A stretch of 64,000 nucleotides of DNA, from assembly GCA_951406725.2 (NCBI GenBank), contig OX597835.1, positions 5,828,001-5,892,000 on the forward strand. The letters run 5' to 3'. Source of the stretch: Octopus vulgaris. Lineage: Eukaryota. The translations under genes were made by a program, and so were the position numbers. This document shows positions 41,144 to 54,882 of this stretch, piece by piece. Each line of letters starts with the position of its first letter. Positions within the stretch are counted from its first letter, which is position 1. The notes under the pieces are model-generated. The model worked only from the letters and a program-made list of their open reading frames with translations. It searched no databases and had not been told where the DNA came from.

Positions 41144-43341
41144 AGGATTTGCAAAATATAAACAGATAATGACTTTTAATAATGACCATTAAATCCGTTG
41201 TTGGCAGCTGGAAAACGGTTCATATCTCGTGTAAAGGAAAACAGTCAGACGCTTGTATATATGGAAGGAAAACTTATGAAGTAGTACTAACAATTATTGA
41301 GATGTTTAATGACCAAAATAATGCTTCTGATAAAATTCAGTTAAATTTGAATATTCTGTTATTTTAAACATGGCTAAACATACTTTCGGATATATATTTC
41401 ACCAATATAAATATTTGTAATCTTTCATGAATTTAAGTATGAGTTATATACTTCAATGATGCGTATGGTGGTCATAAGTTAAAGATTTATAGGAAGCAAT
41501 GAAATGCAAGAAATGTACGAATATTGGCACTTTATCTTCGTTCCACTAAACTGGGTAGATTCATCAAAATTTAAATGTCATTCTTCCCTCGAGGATTTGT
41601 CTTTAACAAAGGTGAATTTCTTATTAGGATGAAAACAATTTCTGAAGAATTATTCTAATACGTGGTCCGTTATCAACTTTGAGCAATAGCCAGAGGCTGT
41701 TCATAATTAATAAAGGCGACGGAAGACATTTACTTCTCGATTCAGAATCTATTTACTTGTTTCCACTTGATAATAATATTCTTATATCGTTCATTCCCTT
41801 CTCTTCCGGTGGCAGTCTCTTCCGGTGGCAATCTCTTCCGGTAGCATAGTAAAAGTGTTCCTTCCTGGTTTTGTTTTATTTTTTTCTCTTCGCATATGGA
41901 GATATTTAATTTTTAATGCACAGTATTAAGAGAAATTAAAACTCTGATCAAATTAAATATTCACTTGGTGAAATAGCGTGAATGAACGGAAGAGAATAAG
42001 AAATGGACAATGTGAGAGGTTCCAACGGGGAGAAAACATTCGATAAGTTATAGACAAAATGTAGACACAAAAAAGCAGTAAAAGTTGAATAGAATGAGTA
42101 GTAAGGCGACCAAATGGAAAGGAAGAGAAATAAATTGATGTTTCGGGCGGACTTTTAATCAAAGAAGGAAGCTAAAAGAAACAAGAAAAGAAACGGCACC
42201 TATCTGAAGCACATATGTATCTTTCTGATTTAAGCTGCAACTACTCAGTTCCATTTTATTTTATTTCGTAAATTTACATTTTAAACCAACAATTCATAAC
42301 ATTGAAATAATTAACTTTGAATCCGCTGATGTATGGACATAACGCTCCACAAAACAATAATGATAAGATGGTTGTGGTAGTTTTAGAGCCCCAGTTGGAC
42401 TTTAACAAGACTGTTTTAGTGGAAAGATACTGGAGTTTGAACACTAATCCGAAATATTTCCTTTCTTTTTAAACTGAGCGTTATGATTTGAAAGCAATTC
42501 AACCTTTATTTATTTTAATTAGTGCAATAATCAGATGGAAGCCATCCAGTTTTTCAGGCTAAGATGCGATGTTTCTCTGTGGTACAGTGTTTATATTACT
42601 TTGTTCCGTTTATGTATGGCGTGGTGTTTGTGGGCGTTGTAGAAGAATGAAGATTAATGGAAACAGAATACTAAAATTGCTTTGAAAAATTTGCAGAGAC
42701 GCCATTGCCTGACGCATGAAAAAAGAATAGTTTCGCCAACATAACACATTTAATTCAGGATGCATTAATAATCCAAACGGGAAATAATGATGCGTTGAGA
42801 AACAAATTTTATTAGACATTGCCAAATATAATTCAATCCTTTTAGCAACTACGGTAACAAAAATTAAATCTTCGAAATTGTTCAGCTTTATTATGGTCAT
42901 CTTGACCGAAGCTTGTATTTCACAATTACCGAAGAAGAAATGATGGAATAACCAGCAAATAGATACTCACTTATGTACACTCTTGAAATGCAATGTGTGA
43001 CAAGTTAACATGAAGATATCCAAGTTCTTAAGGTGATGAAAGAACTACTTCTTGTGTATTTAGCGTTAATACTGCAGCAAAGTTCATGAGTATTGGTTTT
43101 GTAAATCCTTTATGTTACTTGATACTGAAGCGATTCTACTTGAGTTTTCAGCCCTCATACAACTTGGGAAATGCTACAGACTTGTTCTAATAGATACAAG
43201 CTCAACTTTTATTAGTGGAGTTATACCTCTTGTTTGCTGATGTTTGATTTTAAACACTTTGATTGCTAGGGATTTGTCTACCAGTAGGTTCAATTATAGA
43301 AATTTGACGGAAAGGTTTTCTTCCACTTACTATATTATATA

Positions 43342-43662
43342 AAAACTATGAACGTCACTCTTTTCAAACCTAGCCAGGCTCATGGGCCCGGTTTCCGGTT
43401 TCTATGGCGTATGTGATCCCCCTAGCTGGACGGGACGCCAGTCCATCACAGCGTTACTCAAGAAACAAGAAGAGAGAGTGAGAGAAAATTGGGGCGAAAG
43501 AGTACAACTGGGGTCGACACCCACCCACCCCTGCCGGAGCCTCGTAGAGCTTTTAGGTGTTTTCGCTCAATAAACACACAAAACGCCCAGTGTAGGAATC
43601 GAAACCGCGATCCTCCGACTGCGAGTACGCTGCCCTAACCACTGGGCCATTGCGCCTCCTCC
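43342..43662 (-). mobile_element. SINE group A with tail T4 and 13-bp TSD
   Basis: TSD ACTATATTATATA at 43329-43341 and 43663-43675; tail GATGGACTGGCGTCCCGTCCAGC..GAAACCGGGCCCATGAGCCTGGC. Confidence 0.88.
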
Positions 43663-43861
43663 ACTATATTATATATGGAACACTACTCCATGTGGAGGCG
43701 CGTAGCCTATTGCGGGAATTGTTCGTCTCATGACCATGATATCGTGAATTCAATTCCTAAAGCGAGCGCAGGTTGTGATCTGGAGTAAAGACATTTCATT
43801 TCACACTGATTCAGTTTAGTCAAATAAAAATGAGTTCCAACAAGTCAAGTACCGGAGTAAC

Positions 43862-44147
43862 TCTTCTTCTTCTTCTTCTTCTTCTTCTTCTTCTTCTTCT
43901 TCTTCGTCGTCGTCGTCGTCGTTCTTCTTCTACTTCTTCTCTTCTTCTTCTTCTTCGTCGTTCTTCTTCTACTACTACTACTTCTACTTCTTCTACTTCT
44001 TCGTCGTTCTTCTTCTTCTTCTTCTTCTTCTTCTTCTTCTTCTTCTTCTTCTTCTTCTTCTTCTTCTTCGTCGTTCTTCTTCTTCTTCTTCTTCTTCTTC
44101 TTCGTCGTTCTTCTTCTTCTTCTTCTTCTTCTTCTTCTTCTTCTTCT
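43862..44147. repeat. (TTC)n with TCG/TAC interruptions
   Basis: Direct reading. Confidence 0.95.
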
Positions 44148-44716
44148 GTTTGCTATATCCTGGATGTTCCACCTAACCAAAAGTTGGGGAGTTTCGAAAA
44201 GAAATGCCTCGGCTCCGAAAACTATAAAGAGACGACATACTACGTGTTCCAGCATGTTACTTACATGTTACCGGCATTTTTCCCCACATGTTACCAAGTC
44301 ATATTCGTTAACGAGTGACTACCCCCCCCCCCCACACACACACGATGATATATCTCTACCGCCATTTTGTTTGCGAGACATGTCTGATGTAAATCACTCT
44401 TTGATTCTTCCATTTTCATCTTCATCTTCATTTACATCTTGTCAGAATGTATCAGTTAAACTTTACAGGTTGTGGTGTGATGCGTATATCTATGAGCTTA
44501 CGTATATGTGTGTGTGTGTGTGTGTGTATGTACGCGTATGTATGTTCATTAATGTACGATCATATGTGTGTGTGTGTGTTTGTGAGTGTGTGCTTTGCCA
44601 CAGTCAATGTGTGCGTCACTACGGCTCCGTGTTTTTTTATGTATGCGCGCCTATATTCACTCCTGTAGGATAGTCTGTATATGTTTATTGTGTTTATTGT
44701 TTGTATATGTTTACAG

Positions 44717-44743
44717 TGAGTGAGTGAGTGCATGGTGTGTGTG

Positions 44744-44801
<58 letters not shown>

Positions 44802-44874
44802 CGTGTGAGTGTGTGTGTTTGTGTGTTTGTGAGTGCGTGTGTGTATGTATGTGTGTGTGTGTTTGTGTGTTTGT

Positions 44875-44921
<47 letters not shown>

Positions 44922-45299
44922 TGTGTGTGCGCGCGTGTGAATGTGTTTGCCCATCTTTTCTCTACTTCAAAGACAACGACTCGAAATCCAGGAAGTTTAC
45001 TTGTCGTTTTATTTGTTGTTTGATTTATTTCTGTTTCTTCTTTTAGAAAAAAAAAATAATAATAATGATCTTTACTGTTATTTAAGTTGCTAACCTTCAT
45101 CGGATATTCTTTTCAACGTCTAACACTCTTTCAACGGCCTTTTCCCCCACCCACCACCACCACCACCACCACTACCACCACCACCACAACCACCACCACA
45201 ACCACCACCACCACCACCACCACCACCACCACCACCACCACCACCACCACCACAACCACCACCACCCACCACCACCCACCACCACCACCACCACCACCA
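44717..45299. repeat. (TG)n 44717-44930 and (CCA)n 45145-45299
   Basis: Direct reading. Confidence 0.9.
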
Positions 45300-46978
45300 T
45301 TCCTACTTCAAGTAGTAGCTTTACAAAAGAAAAAAAAAAAAAAAAAGCATGTGATAAATTGCTAAAATGGCTGCATTTCCTGTTCAGTGAGTAATTCGTC
45401 AAATTGGTGCGTGATTGTGGCTGTTGGTTAGAAGCCGACTGACTGTGGAAGCATATTTATTGGATGTTGATATGTGTCTGGAGAAGAAAGAGCAGGAAAT
45501 ACCGACATAGATCGAGACAACGACACATAACCCTACTACCCCACTTGGTGGACATCACATCTGTTAGAAATAGCAACCAAATCTCTCTCACGTCAGGTCT
45601 GTCTTAAAAGAGAAGAGAATATAGATATCGGTCAATGCAAATCTTAGATTGAATGTCCCGGAAGGCATATTCAATAATTGACGACTGGAAATTTTATATT
45701 TGAAAGAACAATGCATGTGGCAATGGTAGGGGTGGGACGTAGGAGATCATCTCATTGATTTAACTTTAAATAAAAACCGTTCCAACCGTGAACAATCCAT
45801 AGATCGAATGAAATACGTTTTCTTTTTTTTTTTAAGGTTGACAAGATGCAGGTCTAGCGAATATGGTTGCTATTTCTAGCATGCTGAAAGTTCGTACATA
45901 AGATTCTTCTTTGATTTATCTCACCAATACGTGTCTCATAAACCTACATCTGTTATACAAGTCTGAACCTTTGCTCTTTGGAAATTCGGTAAAAACGTCA
46001 TTTTGTCGTTGACAGCCAAATGCGTTTTTGACCGTACCGGACCTAAGTGCCTCTTAGCTACATCACTCGATTAATAGTATTTTGGGTTGCTTTTTCCTTT
46101 CTGACAGAAGGATCTACAAGAGCGTTTACAACATTATATTGGCCTTGGTATAAAACAGGGTTCTGTTATGTGACGTACACTCTTCGTTTTGAATCTTGTT
46201 TCCAGTAACCACACGCGTTTTGTTAGAAATGATACCATCCTTACTTCTTATACAAGCAACATCCAAACAACTTAGCTATCGCATATCGGACAGTTACCTA
46301 CGTCCATAAACGAAGATCTAAAAAGCATCTTCCCTTCTTCTCTAACACGAATATGGACATGACAATCAATTCTCATTCAATAGCTCAAAGACAGAGTTAT
46401 TATCGAGGAAGGATACTGACCGCACTAACCTTCCCTTACTTAAGTACGAATACATAATTAAAACGTTTAACTTTTAGACAAACTGGAATTTAACATTCTC
46501 GAATGATCTCAAATGGCAAAACAACATCAATCACGCATCCAAAATTACAACCATAGGTTTAGAACACACAACGGGTCTCTGTTACGCTATATAAAAAATA
46601 CATACGGGTCTCAATATTACATAAAGGAACGGATACACATACGCACACTCACAAATGTACAAACATACAAGTGCATACACACATTTAAATCTATCTGTAT
46701 GCATATGCATGTATATATGAATATTATACATTGCCATACATTATATACATAGCTATGTATATATTTATACGTACATACACACACACACACACACATATAT
46801 ATATGTGAGTGAATGTGTGTGCATGTGTGTGCGTACCTGTCTGTGTCTGCTTGTATATATGTGTGTATATGCATATGTGCATGTATACGTTTGTTATATA
46901 TATGTATGTGTTGTATATATATGTGCATATAGGTATGTACACGTGTATATCTATGTATATATGCGTATATATATATAC

Positions 46979-47009
<31 letters not shown>

Positions 47010-47014
47010 CATAC

Positions 47015-47112
<98 letters not shown>

Positions 47113-47330
47113 GGAATATGATTCCAAATTTAGAGGGAAAAATTCGATTTAGTAATACTAAATCAAATTTCACAATATATATGTATATAAATTAGAGAAG
47201 AACCACCATGTAGCAATTCAACAATGATATACTTAAATCATACCATATAAAAAAAAAATTAAATGTATGATAAAACATTTACCTAAAACTAAATTAAGTA
47301 CGAAATAATAAATAAATAGTATATAATTAG

Positions 47331-47406
<76 letters not shown>

Positions 47407-47411
47407 CATAT

Positions 47412-47459
<48 letters not shown>

Positions 47460-48781
47460 TTATATATATATATGTAAATATCTTGTTAGATATCTGTTGA
47501 AATAGAAAGGTCACGAACACCAGCAAGTAGGTCACTACTTCTTGGTTGCTCGACCTATTCGCTTGACATAGAAGTTAATTGTCCTACAAATAACACCAAA
47601 GAGACCAACAAAGAGACTAACAAAATTGCTGACCTAGTGTCAAATTTTCAAATCAATATTTAGTAAGTCGTCTGCAAATACTCTATAAATATGATTTCAA
47701 AAATGCATGCAATGTAGTTGTAGATAATACATCTCGTGGATCAAGGCTGGAATGTCTTTGACGCGAGTTGCAGTCGATGAAATGTGGGGTGATGCTTGAC
47801 AGCATCGAACAGATCCCGTGGATATGTCGGAGTCAGTTGTTGCAATTCTGATCGAGTCAGCAACTGCGACTTCTTCAATTAGATTATGCGACACATTTGA
47901 ACTCAAAACATTTGGCGATTATACAGTGCCTCTTCTACTTACACCAATGAAATTTAATCCGGTTAATGTATTTAGAGCTAGGCAATTCTTCATGATAATA
48001 TGCTATGAGTGTTGTTAGTGATGTGTCTGAGAGAAAAATCTCCTGTCGGATATGTTACTCATGTAATATCATGAGGAATAATCCTTGTTTTAATTTTAAT
48101 CAAGCAGACCCTAATTTAAAGTGTTCCATATGTGACGGGGCCCTCTTTTTATATCAGAGACGTGAAATTTTTTTGTTTTCGTTTCTTAAGACAGGGGCAA
48201 AAGGTGAGCCCAACATTGGTTCAAAGACGAGGTACAGTGCCATAATATTCAGCATTATTACTTTAAATCAATAAGACAATGTGTTTGTGATTTAGGAGGG
48301 ATTTTGTTGTTATTTCTAGTTGGTGTGCTACATAGAAGCTCTTTTGCTGGTTTCTCCGGGGAAATTGTAGCACAGAGCAAAAGCGAACTGAATACGTGAC
48401 AGTTATACAACACTGCCTGAATTTACAATAGTTGATTTATTGCGAGATTGGTTCTGATGTTGAAGGATTCGATTCTTCACAATAGACATATTCACTGCAA
48501 ACTGGATGATAAATTCTCACCACACAATTAGAGAAACTAATCACTGAAATTAATATTTATTGATTATTATATATATATCAATATCAATATACAGTATACT
48601 CCGTCAATGTATATCATGCAATTATGTTAGAGAGAAACATTGATTGCCACTGAGTTTCAACTAAATTGCATCTCAACCTAGAACAACATCCGTCAATCTA
48701 TCTATTTCACAATCGATCGATCGATCGATCCAGCGAGCGAGCGAGCGAGCAGTCTATATACTTACACCTCTATTAATCCAC

Positions 48782-48868
<87 letters not shown>

Positions 48869-49126
48869 AATTTATATATGTATATATATCTAATTTAATT
48901 TATATATATATATATATGTATATATATATGTATATGTATAAATATATACGAACCTGTTTATATAGCTATATCTGTAATTTTTTTCTCTCTCAGAGCTGCG
49001 GCCATGCTGAGGCACCACCGTTTGTGTATAGTGTATAAATTCACATTCTTTCTATATTATGATCTCTCTATTAGAATTTATCTGCGTCTACATTCGTGTA
49101 CATTGCATACATACATACATTCATGC

Positions 49127-49531
49127 ATGCGGAGTGGCTGTGTGGTAAGTAGCTTGCTAACCAACCGCATGGTTCCGGGTTCAGTCCCACAGCGTGGCAT
49201 CTTGGGCAAGGGTCTTCTGCTATAGCCCCGGGCCGACCAATGCCTTGTGAGTGGATTTGGTAGACGGAAACTGAAAAGCCCGTCGTATATATGTATATAT
49301 ATATGTGTGTGTGTGTTTGTGTGTCTGTGGTTGTCCCCCTAGCATTGCTTGACAACCGATGCTGGTGTGTTTACGTCCCGTCACTTAGCGGTTCGGCAAA
49401 AGAGACCGATAGAATAAGTACTGGGCCTACAAAGAATAAGTGCCGGGGTCGATTTGCTCGACTAAAGGCGGTGCTCCAGCATGGCCGCAGTCAAATGACT
49501 GAAACAAGTAAAAGAGTAAAAGAGTAAAGAG
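49127..49531 (+). mobile_element. Full-length SINE group C
   Basis: GGAGTGGCTGTGTGGTAAGTAGCTTGC..(GTAAAAGA)n tail. Confidence 0.9.
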
Positions 49532-49624
49532 TATACATACATACATACATACATACATACATACATACATACATACATACATACATACATACATACGTGC
49601 GTGCGTACGTACGTATGTATGTAC

Positions 49625-49805
49625 TCGAACTCTCTGCGTTCAATGAAAGAGTGGCCGACAATGTGTTTGAGTGCCAGTATTCGTACATTTCGGCAACTTG
49701 ATTCGACACTTGATGAGATCTAAGCCATTGAGGTAAAATCCCGGAAGATACTGCGCAGCACAAATAATTTCCGCTTCAAAAGTAACGTAGATCACCTCTT
49801 CCTTG
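49625..49805 (+). mobile_element. R4/Dong-like LINE RT C-terminal fragment
   Basis: ELSAFNERVADNVF..STLDEI*AIEVKSRKILRSTNNFRFKSNVDHLFL (cf. IDxKTRKxL..SDVDRLY). Confidence 0.6.
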
Positions 49806-49807
49806 GC

Positions 49808-49975
49808 AATCAATGCTGGTGTGTTTACATCCCCGTAACTTAGGGTTCAGCAAGAGAGACCGATAGAATAATACTAGGTTTACAAAGAATAAGTCCTGGG
49901 GTCGATTTGCTCGCTTAAAGGCACTGCTCCAGCATGGCCGCAGTCAAATAATAGAAACAAGTAAAAGAATAAACG

Positions 49976-50026
<51 letters not shown>

Positions 50027-50165
50027 CTACGACCGGCTTCTTTCAGTTTCCGTCGACCAAATCAACCCACAAGGCTTTGGTCGGCCTGAGGCTATAGTAG
50101 AAGACACTTCCCCAAGAAGTCACGCAGAGGGACTGAAGCCGGAACCATGTGGTTGGTAAGCAAGT
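49808..50165. mobile_element. SINE C 3' half (+, 49808-49972) next to SINE C 5' half (-, 50026-50165)
   Basis: Both match parts of 49127-49531; separated by (TG)n. Confidence 0.8.
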
Positions 50166-50180
50166 GAGAAACAGCGAGAA

Positions 50181-50221
<41 letters not shown>

Positions 50222-50684
50222 TATGTATATAAAATACATACATACACTACTTGATAGTAGTTCATTCCACCAAAACTTCCATAAAGACCAACAAGTGAGA
50301 CTTATACATGTTGTTTAGTATTCGGTACTAAATATCATAAATCAGGTATTTTGTCGTACCAAACAGCCTCCTCGACAGTCATTGAACAAATCCCTGAGAC
50401 AACAAAGTGTGCTAGCCAGTCGCTGTGAAGAACAGGTAATTAAGTAGAAAATTGTAGAAGTCATAAAGTGAAATCATAGCCTCCACACGCCAACACCGAC
50501 ACCTTCATCCAGAATATGGCAGTAAAGGTCTACAAAGCGGAATGGAGCTGGGAAATTTATTGTTCTATACCAACACTAAATAGTCCATTACGTGAAATGA
50601 GCAAACATTAAAGAAAGAACTATTGATTTAGCTGCTATATTTAATATCTTTTGTTAATATATTTAATATACTTAATGTTTTCGC

Positions 50685-51110
50685 AAGGCAGAATCGCGAG
50701 TATGCCAGACGTCCGTCGTTACATTCTCAGTTCAAATTCCGCCGAGATGGACTTCCCCTTTCATCCTTTTGAGGTCGATAAAATTAGTAGCAGTTGAGCA
50801 CAGGAATCGATGTTATCCACTTAACACCTTGTCCGAAATTTCTGGCCTTGTGCCAAAATTTTTAACCAATATTTTCTACGGGCTAAAATGCGTCTCGAAC
50901 TGGCAGAATCTTTAGCACGCTGTCCAAAATCCGTAGCTTCATTTCTTTCGTTTTTATGTTCTCCATTGAAATTTCGCTGATGTCGATTTTGCCTTTCATC
51001 CTTTTGGGGTCGATAAAATAAGTAGCAGTTGAACATTGGGATTGATGTAATCAACTTAAACCCATCTCCCAAAACCATCTGAACTTGCGCCAGAGTGCGA
51101 AAGCAATATT
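50685..51110 (+). mobile_element. Two tandem degenerate SINE D copies
   Basis: CCTTTCATCCTTTT..GGTCGATAAAAT..AGTAGCAGTTGA at ~50757 and ~50992. Confidence 0.7.
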
Positions 51111-51665
51111 TTCTGTTGGCTATATATCTGTACACAGCCTGTTTCACTGTACTGAACGTCGTCAGTATCAACTAACGAAAGCCTAGATAATCAATCATCA
51201 GTTTATTTCAGCACCTTCACGCTTTCCATCCATTCACTATCGCACGTTGAACGCATTCCAACGACAGTTGCCTGAAGCTTGAAACGCAATAATCCGGATA
51301 ACAAATATCACAAAAAAAACATATCATTAAATAAATAGTATTATTCTACCACACCAAGCAGTTTCTAGCAATTAGTTTTCACACAATTGCGGTACCACCA
51401 GTGACGTTTCGTGTATGAATGCAACGAACTCAAAGCATACGGAGCGCGCACTGCATGTGTATAACACACAAATAAATGCAAATAGCAAATTCGATTTCAA
51501 TATTGATATTTCATCATTTATGAAACACTGCTGGAATATGTTGCAATATACATGGTGAGGGCCGTGTGTGTGTAAATATATATAGATAGATAGATATATA
51601 GACATATAAAATATGTGTGTATGTATATATACATATATATTTGCACATATATACAGACACACATC

Positions 51666-51704
<39 letters not shown>

Positions 51705-51875
51705 ATCAATGTATGTATGTGTGTGGATGTGTGTGGATGTGTGTGGTTTGTGTATGTGTTGTCCCTGGGTGGGGATGCACGTGCGCGATCGTGCAAGGTT
51801 TCAGTTATATTGTTTTGAATATCTAACATTACACGCATGCTCAGAACTTGCCCAAGATATATATGTGTGCGTGTC

Positions 51876-51962
<87 letters not shown>

Positions 51963-52217
51963 TAGGATGAAATGGTTAAGGAGTTCGCTTCAAGAAAAAA
52001 CATGGGAACCCAGGTTTGCTTCTGCTTCGTGTCATTTTCTCACGTCTCAGCTCGATCCTACCTTATGATGAGCTAAAATGAATAAGCGGAAACTGCATGG
52101 AAGCCCACCAAATGGGTTACTCCAGGAATTCATTACAGGCAGCTGTCTCACCGTGTCAGGTTGATTCCACCTGAGAATCACATTAAGATCTATGCATCTT
52201 TGGAATTCTCTCTCTTT

Positions 52218-52355
52218 CTCACTTCCTTACCAACCACACGGTTCCGGTTTCAGTCCCACTGCGTAGCATCTTGGGGAAGTGTCTTCTACTATAGCCTCGA
52301 GCCGACCAATACCTTGTGTGTTGATTTGATTTGGTCGGAAACTGAAAGACGCTGT
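52218..52355 (+). mobile_element. SINE C 5' part
   Basis: CCAACCACACGGTTCCGGTTTCAGTCCCACTGCGTAGCATCTTGGGGAAGTGTCTTCTAC. Confidence 0.75.
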
Positions 52356-52502
52356 ATATATATATATATATATATACTTGTTTAGTTATATGAGAAGTCG
52401 TATACATATACATATATATGTTTGTATATAGACATGTATATATGTCTATAAACACACCAGCTAGAGGGACAAACACAGACACACAAACATATACATACAC
52501 AT

Positions 52503-52542
<40 letters not shown>

Positions 52543-52565
52543 GAAGACACTTATACTGAACAGAA

Positions 52566-52642
<77 letters not shown>

Positions 52643-52657
52643 TGTATATATGTCTGT

Positions 52658-52714
<57 letters not shown>

Positions 52715-52904
52715 CGTGCATGTGTCTCTTTATTTTCATCTTTTTGTGTGTCGTTTAATTGGAGGAGGACGAAAAGTATCGCCTCTGAAGATTTATGACA
52801 TTCCGAAAATGGTGAGTGGACGCTGACCTTGAAGTTGGTTATAAACTGGATTCTTCTCAGTGTCCCCACGAAACTTATGATGGTTGTAAACCGGACGACA
52901 TGTA

Positions 52905-53462
52905 GTCCGTTAATGTGCGTGATTTGCTGTTTAGAGAATTCAGCTGACGATCTTAAGGTGGTGGGTTTTATTCCAGGCGACGTCGTTTGTCCTTGAGCAA
53001 GACTCTTATTTCATGTTGCTCCAGTCCACTCCTTTGGCAAAAATTGGCTTTACATGCAATTCAAAGGGTCATCCTTGTCATATTCCGAGTCACGCTGAAA
53101 TAAGGGTGCGTGTGTTTGTGCGAAGGCATAAGGCCAAGTGGTTAGAGCAGCGGACTCGCGGTCGAGGTATCACGGATTCGAAACTCAGACCGGGCGATGT
53201 GTGTGTTTTTTGCCACAACGGTTTCTATGTCTTTCCTCCTGCATCTTGCAGCTCGCCTGCGACTGACTGGCGTGCCGTCCAGGTTGGGGACCAATATGCG
53301 AAGGAAACCAGGAGACCGGCTCTTATTAGCCAGGTACGGCTCAAGAAAGAACAAACAACAACATGTTTGTGTGGTGCTCAACCACTGGCACGTTCATTTC
53401 ACGAGAAGGTTGTTCCATTGATCGGATAGACTGGAACACTCGTCGTCGTAACCGACGGAGTA
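52905..53462 (+). mobile_element. SINE B/T3 interrupted by a nested SINE (53121-53363; A-like head, T4-like tail)
   Basis: TSD TGTTTGTG at 53113-53120 and 53364-53371; the T3 tail resumes after the insert. Confidence 0.75.
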
Positions 53463-53584
53463 TCAGTTTTATATTAAGTGCAATACTAAAAAACAAAAAG
53501 ACACGTATTCCACGCAGTCAAAATAATGACTTGATTTAAACAATACACAAACATGCATACTATCGTAATAACACAAATACATTC

Positions 53585-53650
<66 letters not shown>

Positions 53651-54042
53651 TCTTACACACACACGTGAATACATACATACACTCATAAACGTACAGAAGC
53701 ACTAACACATACTGTCATATCATATTCCTCTACACATTCTCTGTATATTTGTTACTCTTCCGTCTCTCTCTTTCTTTCTCTCTCTCCCTCACTTTCTCTC
53801 CGATACAGATACTTACAGACACACAAACGCACGCACACACACACACACACACAGAGTCATTTATATTCTCAGATATTTATATACAGCCAACTAAGACAAA
53901 CCTGACACGCACACACACACACACCTACTCCCAAGATGTCGTTAGTTAATTATATGAAACAATTCCATCAAGCGGAACAATATAATGTAATCATGAAGTA
54001 GATCTCGCTTATAACCAGAGGGACGCCATTGTGTGTATAACA

Positions 54043-54158
<116 letters not shown>

Positions 54159-54160
54159 AT

Positions 54161-54221
<61 letters not shown>

Positions 54222-54882
54222 TATACATATAAATATGCATATGTGTATATTTATACACGTATATGTATATTCATGTATATGTGGGTGTATACTCTCACGT
54301 AAATATACAGAAATATGCATTGGTATATACATATATGATATATACATATATGATATATGTATGAATGTAAATGTATGTATGAATGTAAATGTATGTATGT
54401 ATGTATGTATATATATATATGTATATATATATTCATATATTCATATAGTATGTACATATATATATGTGTGCACGCATGTATACATACATACGTACATACA
54501 TACATACATTTGCACACGCAAGCAGTGATTGAAAAATACCTTTAGCCTTAATGTCGACTGGCTAATTAAGTATCTCGTCATACCTCTCACTACATCTCCT
54601 TTCAAACCTGTCATCTTCTCATAACAACCTTCCAACATTATCACGATGTGTCATTATTTCTTTCCCCTGACCCAAGTTCCCATAGACTGCCACGGCTCAG
54701 AAGTTCCGGGATAGCTGGACTCCAACCGTTCATACTTACAGCAATTCTAATCCTATCTCTGGGTAGTTGAACTGATTATACCTGCTCAGTTTAACAAGAT
54801 TGCCGTTACATTGTTTCATGTTTAGAACAGAATTAGCCTCGTCATATTTTATAATAAAATATTTCTAAAGTATATAAAATAG

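Noticed and set aside
42640-43180. Possible hAT transposase C-terminal remnant
   Set aside because: Only faint resemblance, with many stops; cannot be supported without a profile search.
45330-45477. Strong minus-strand acceptor (TCTTTCTTCTCCAG)
   Set aside because: Stops in all frames and no donor nearby.
47697-48274. Short non-repetitive ORFs
   Set aside because: No recognisable motifs or convincing splice signals.
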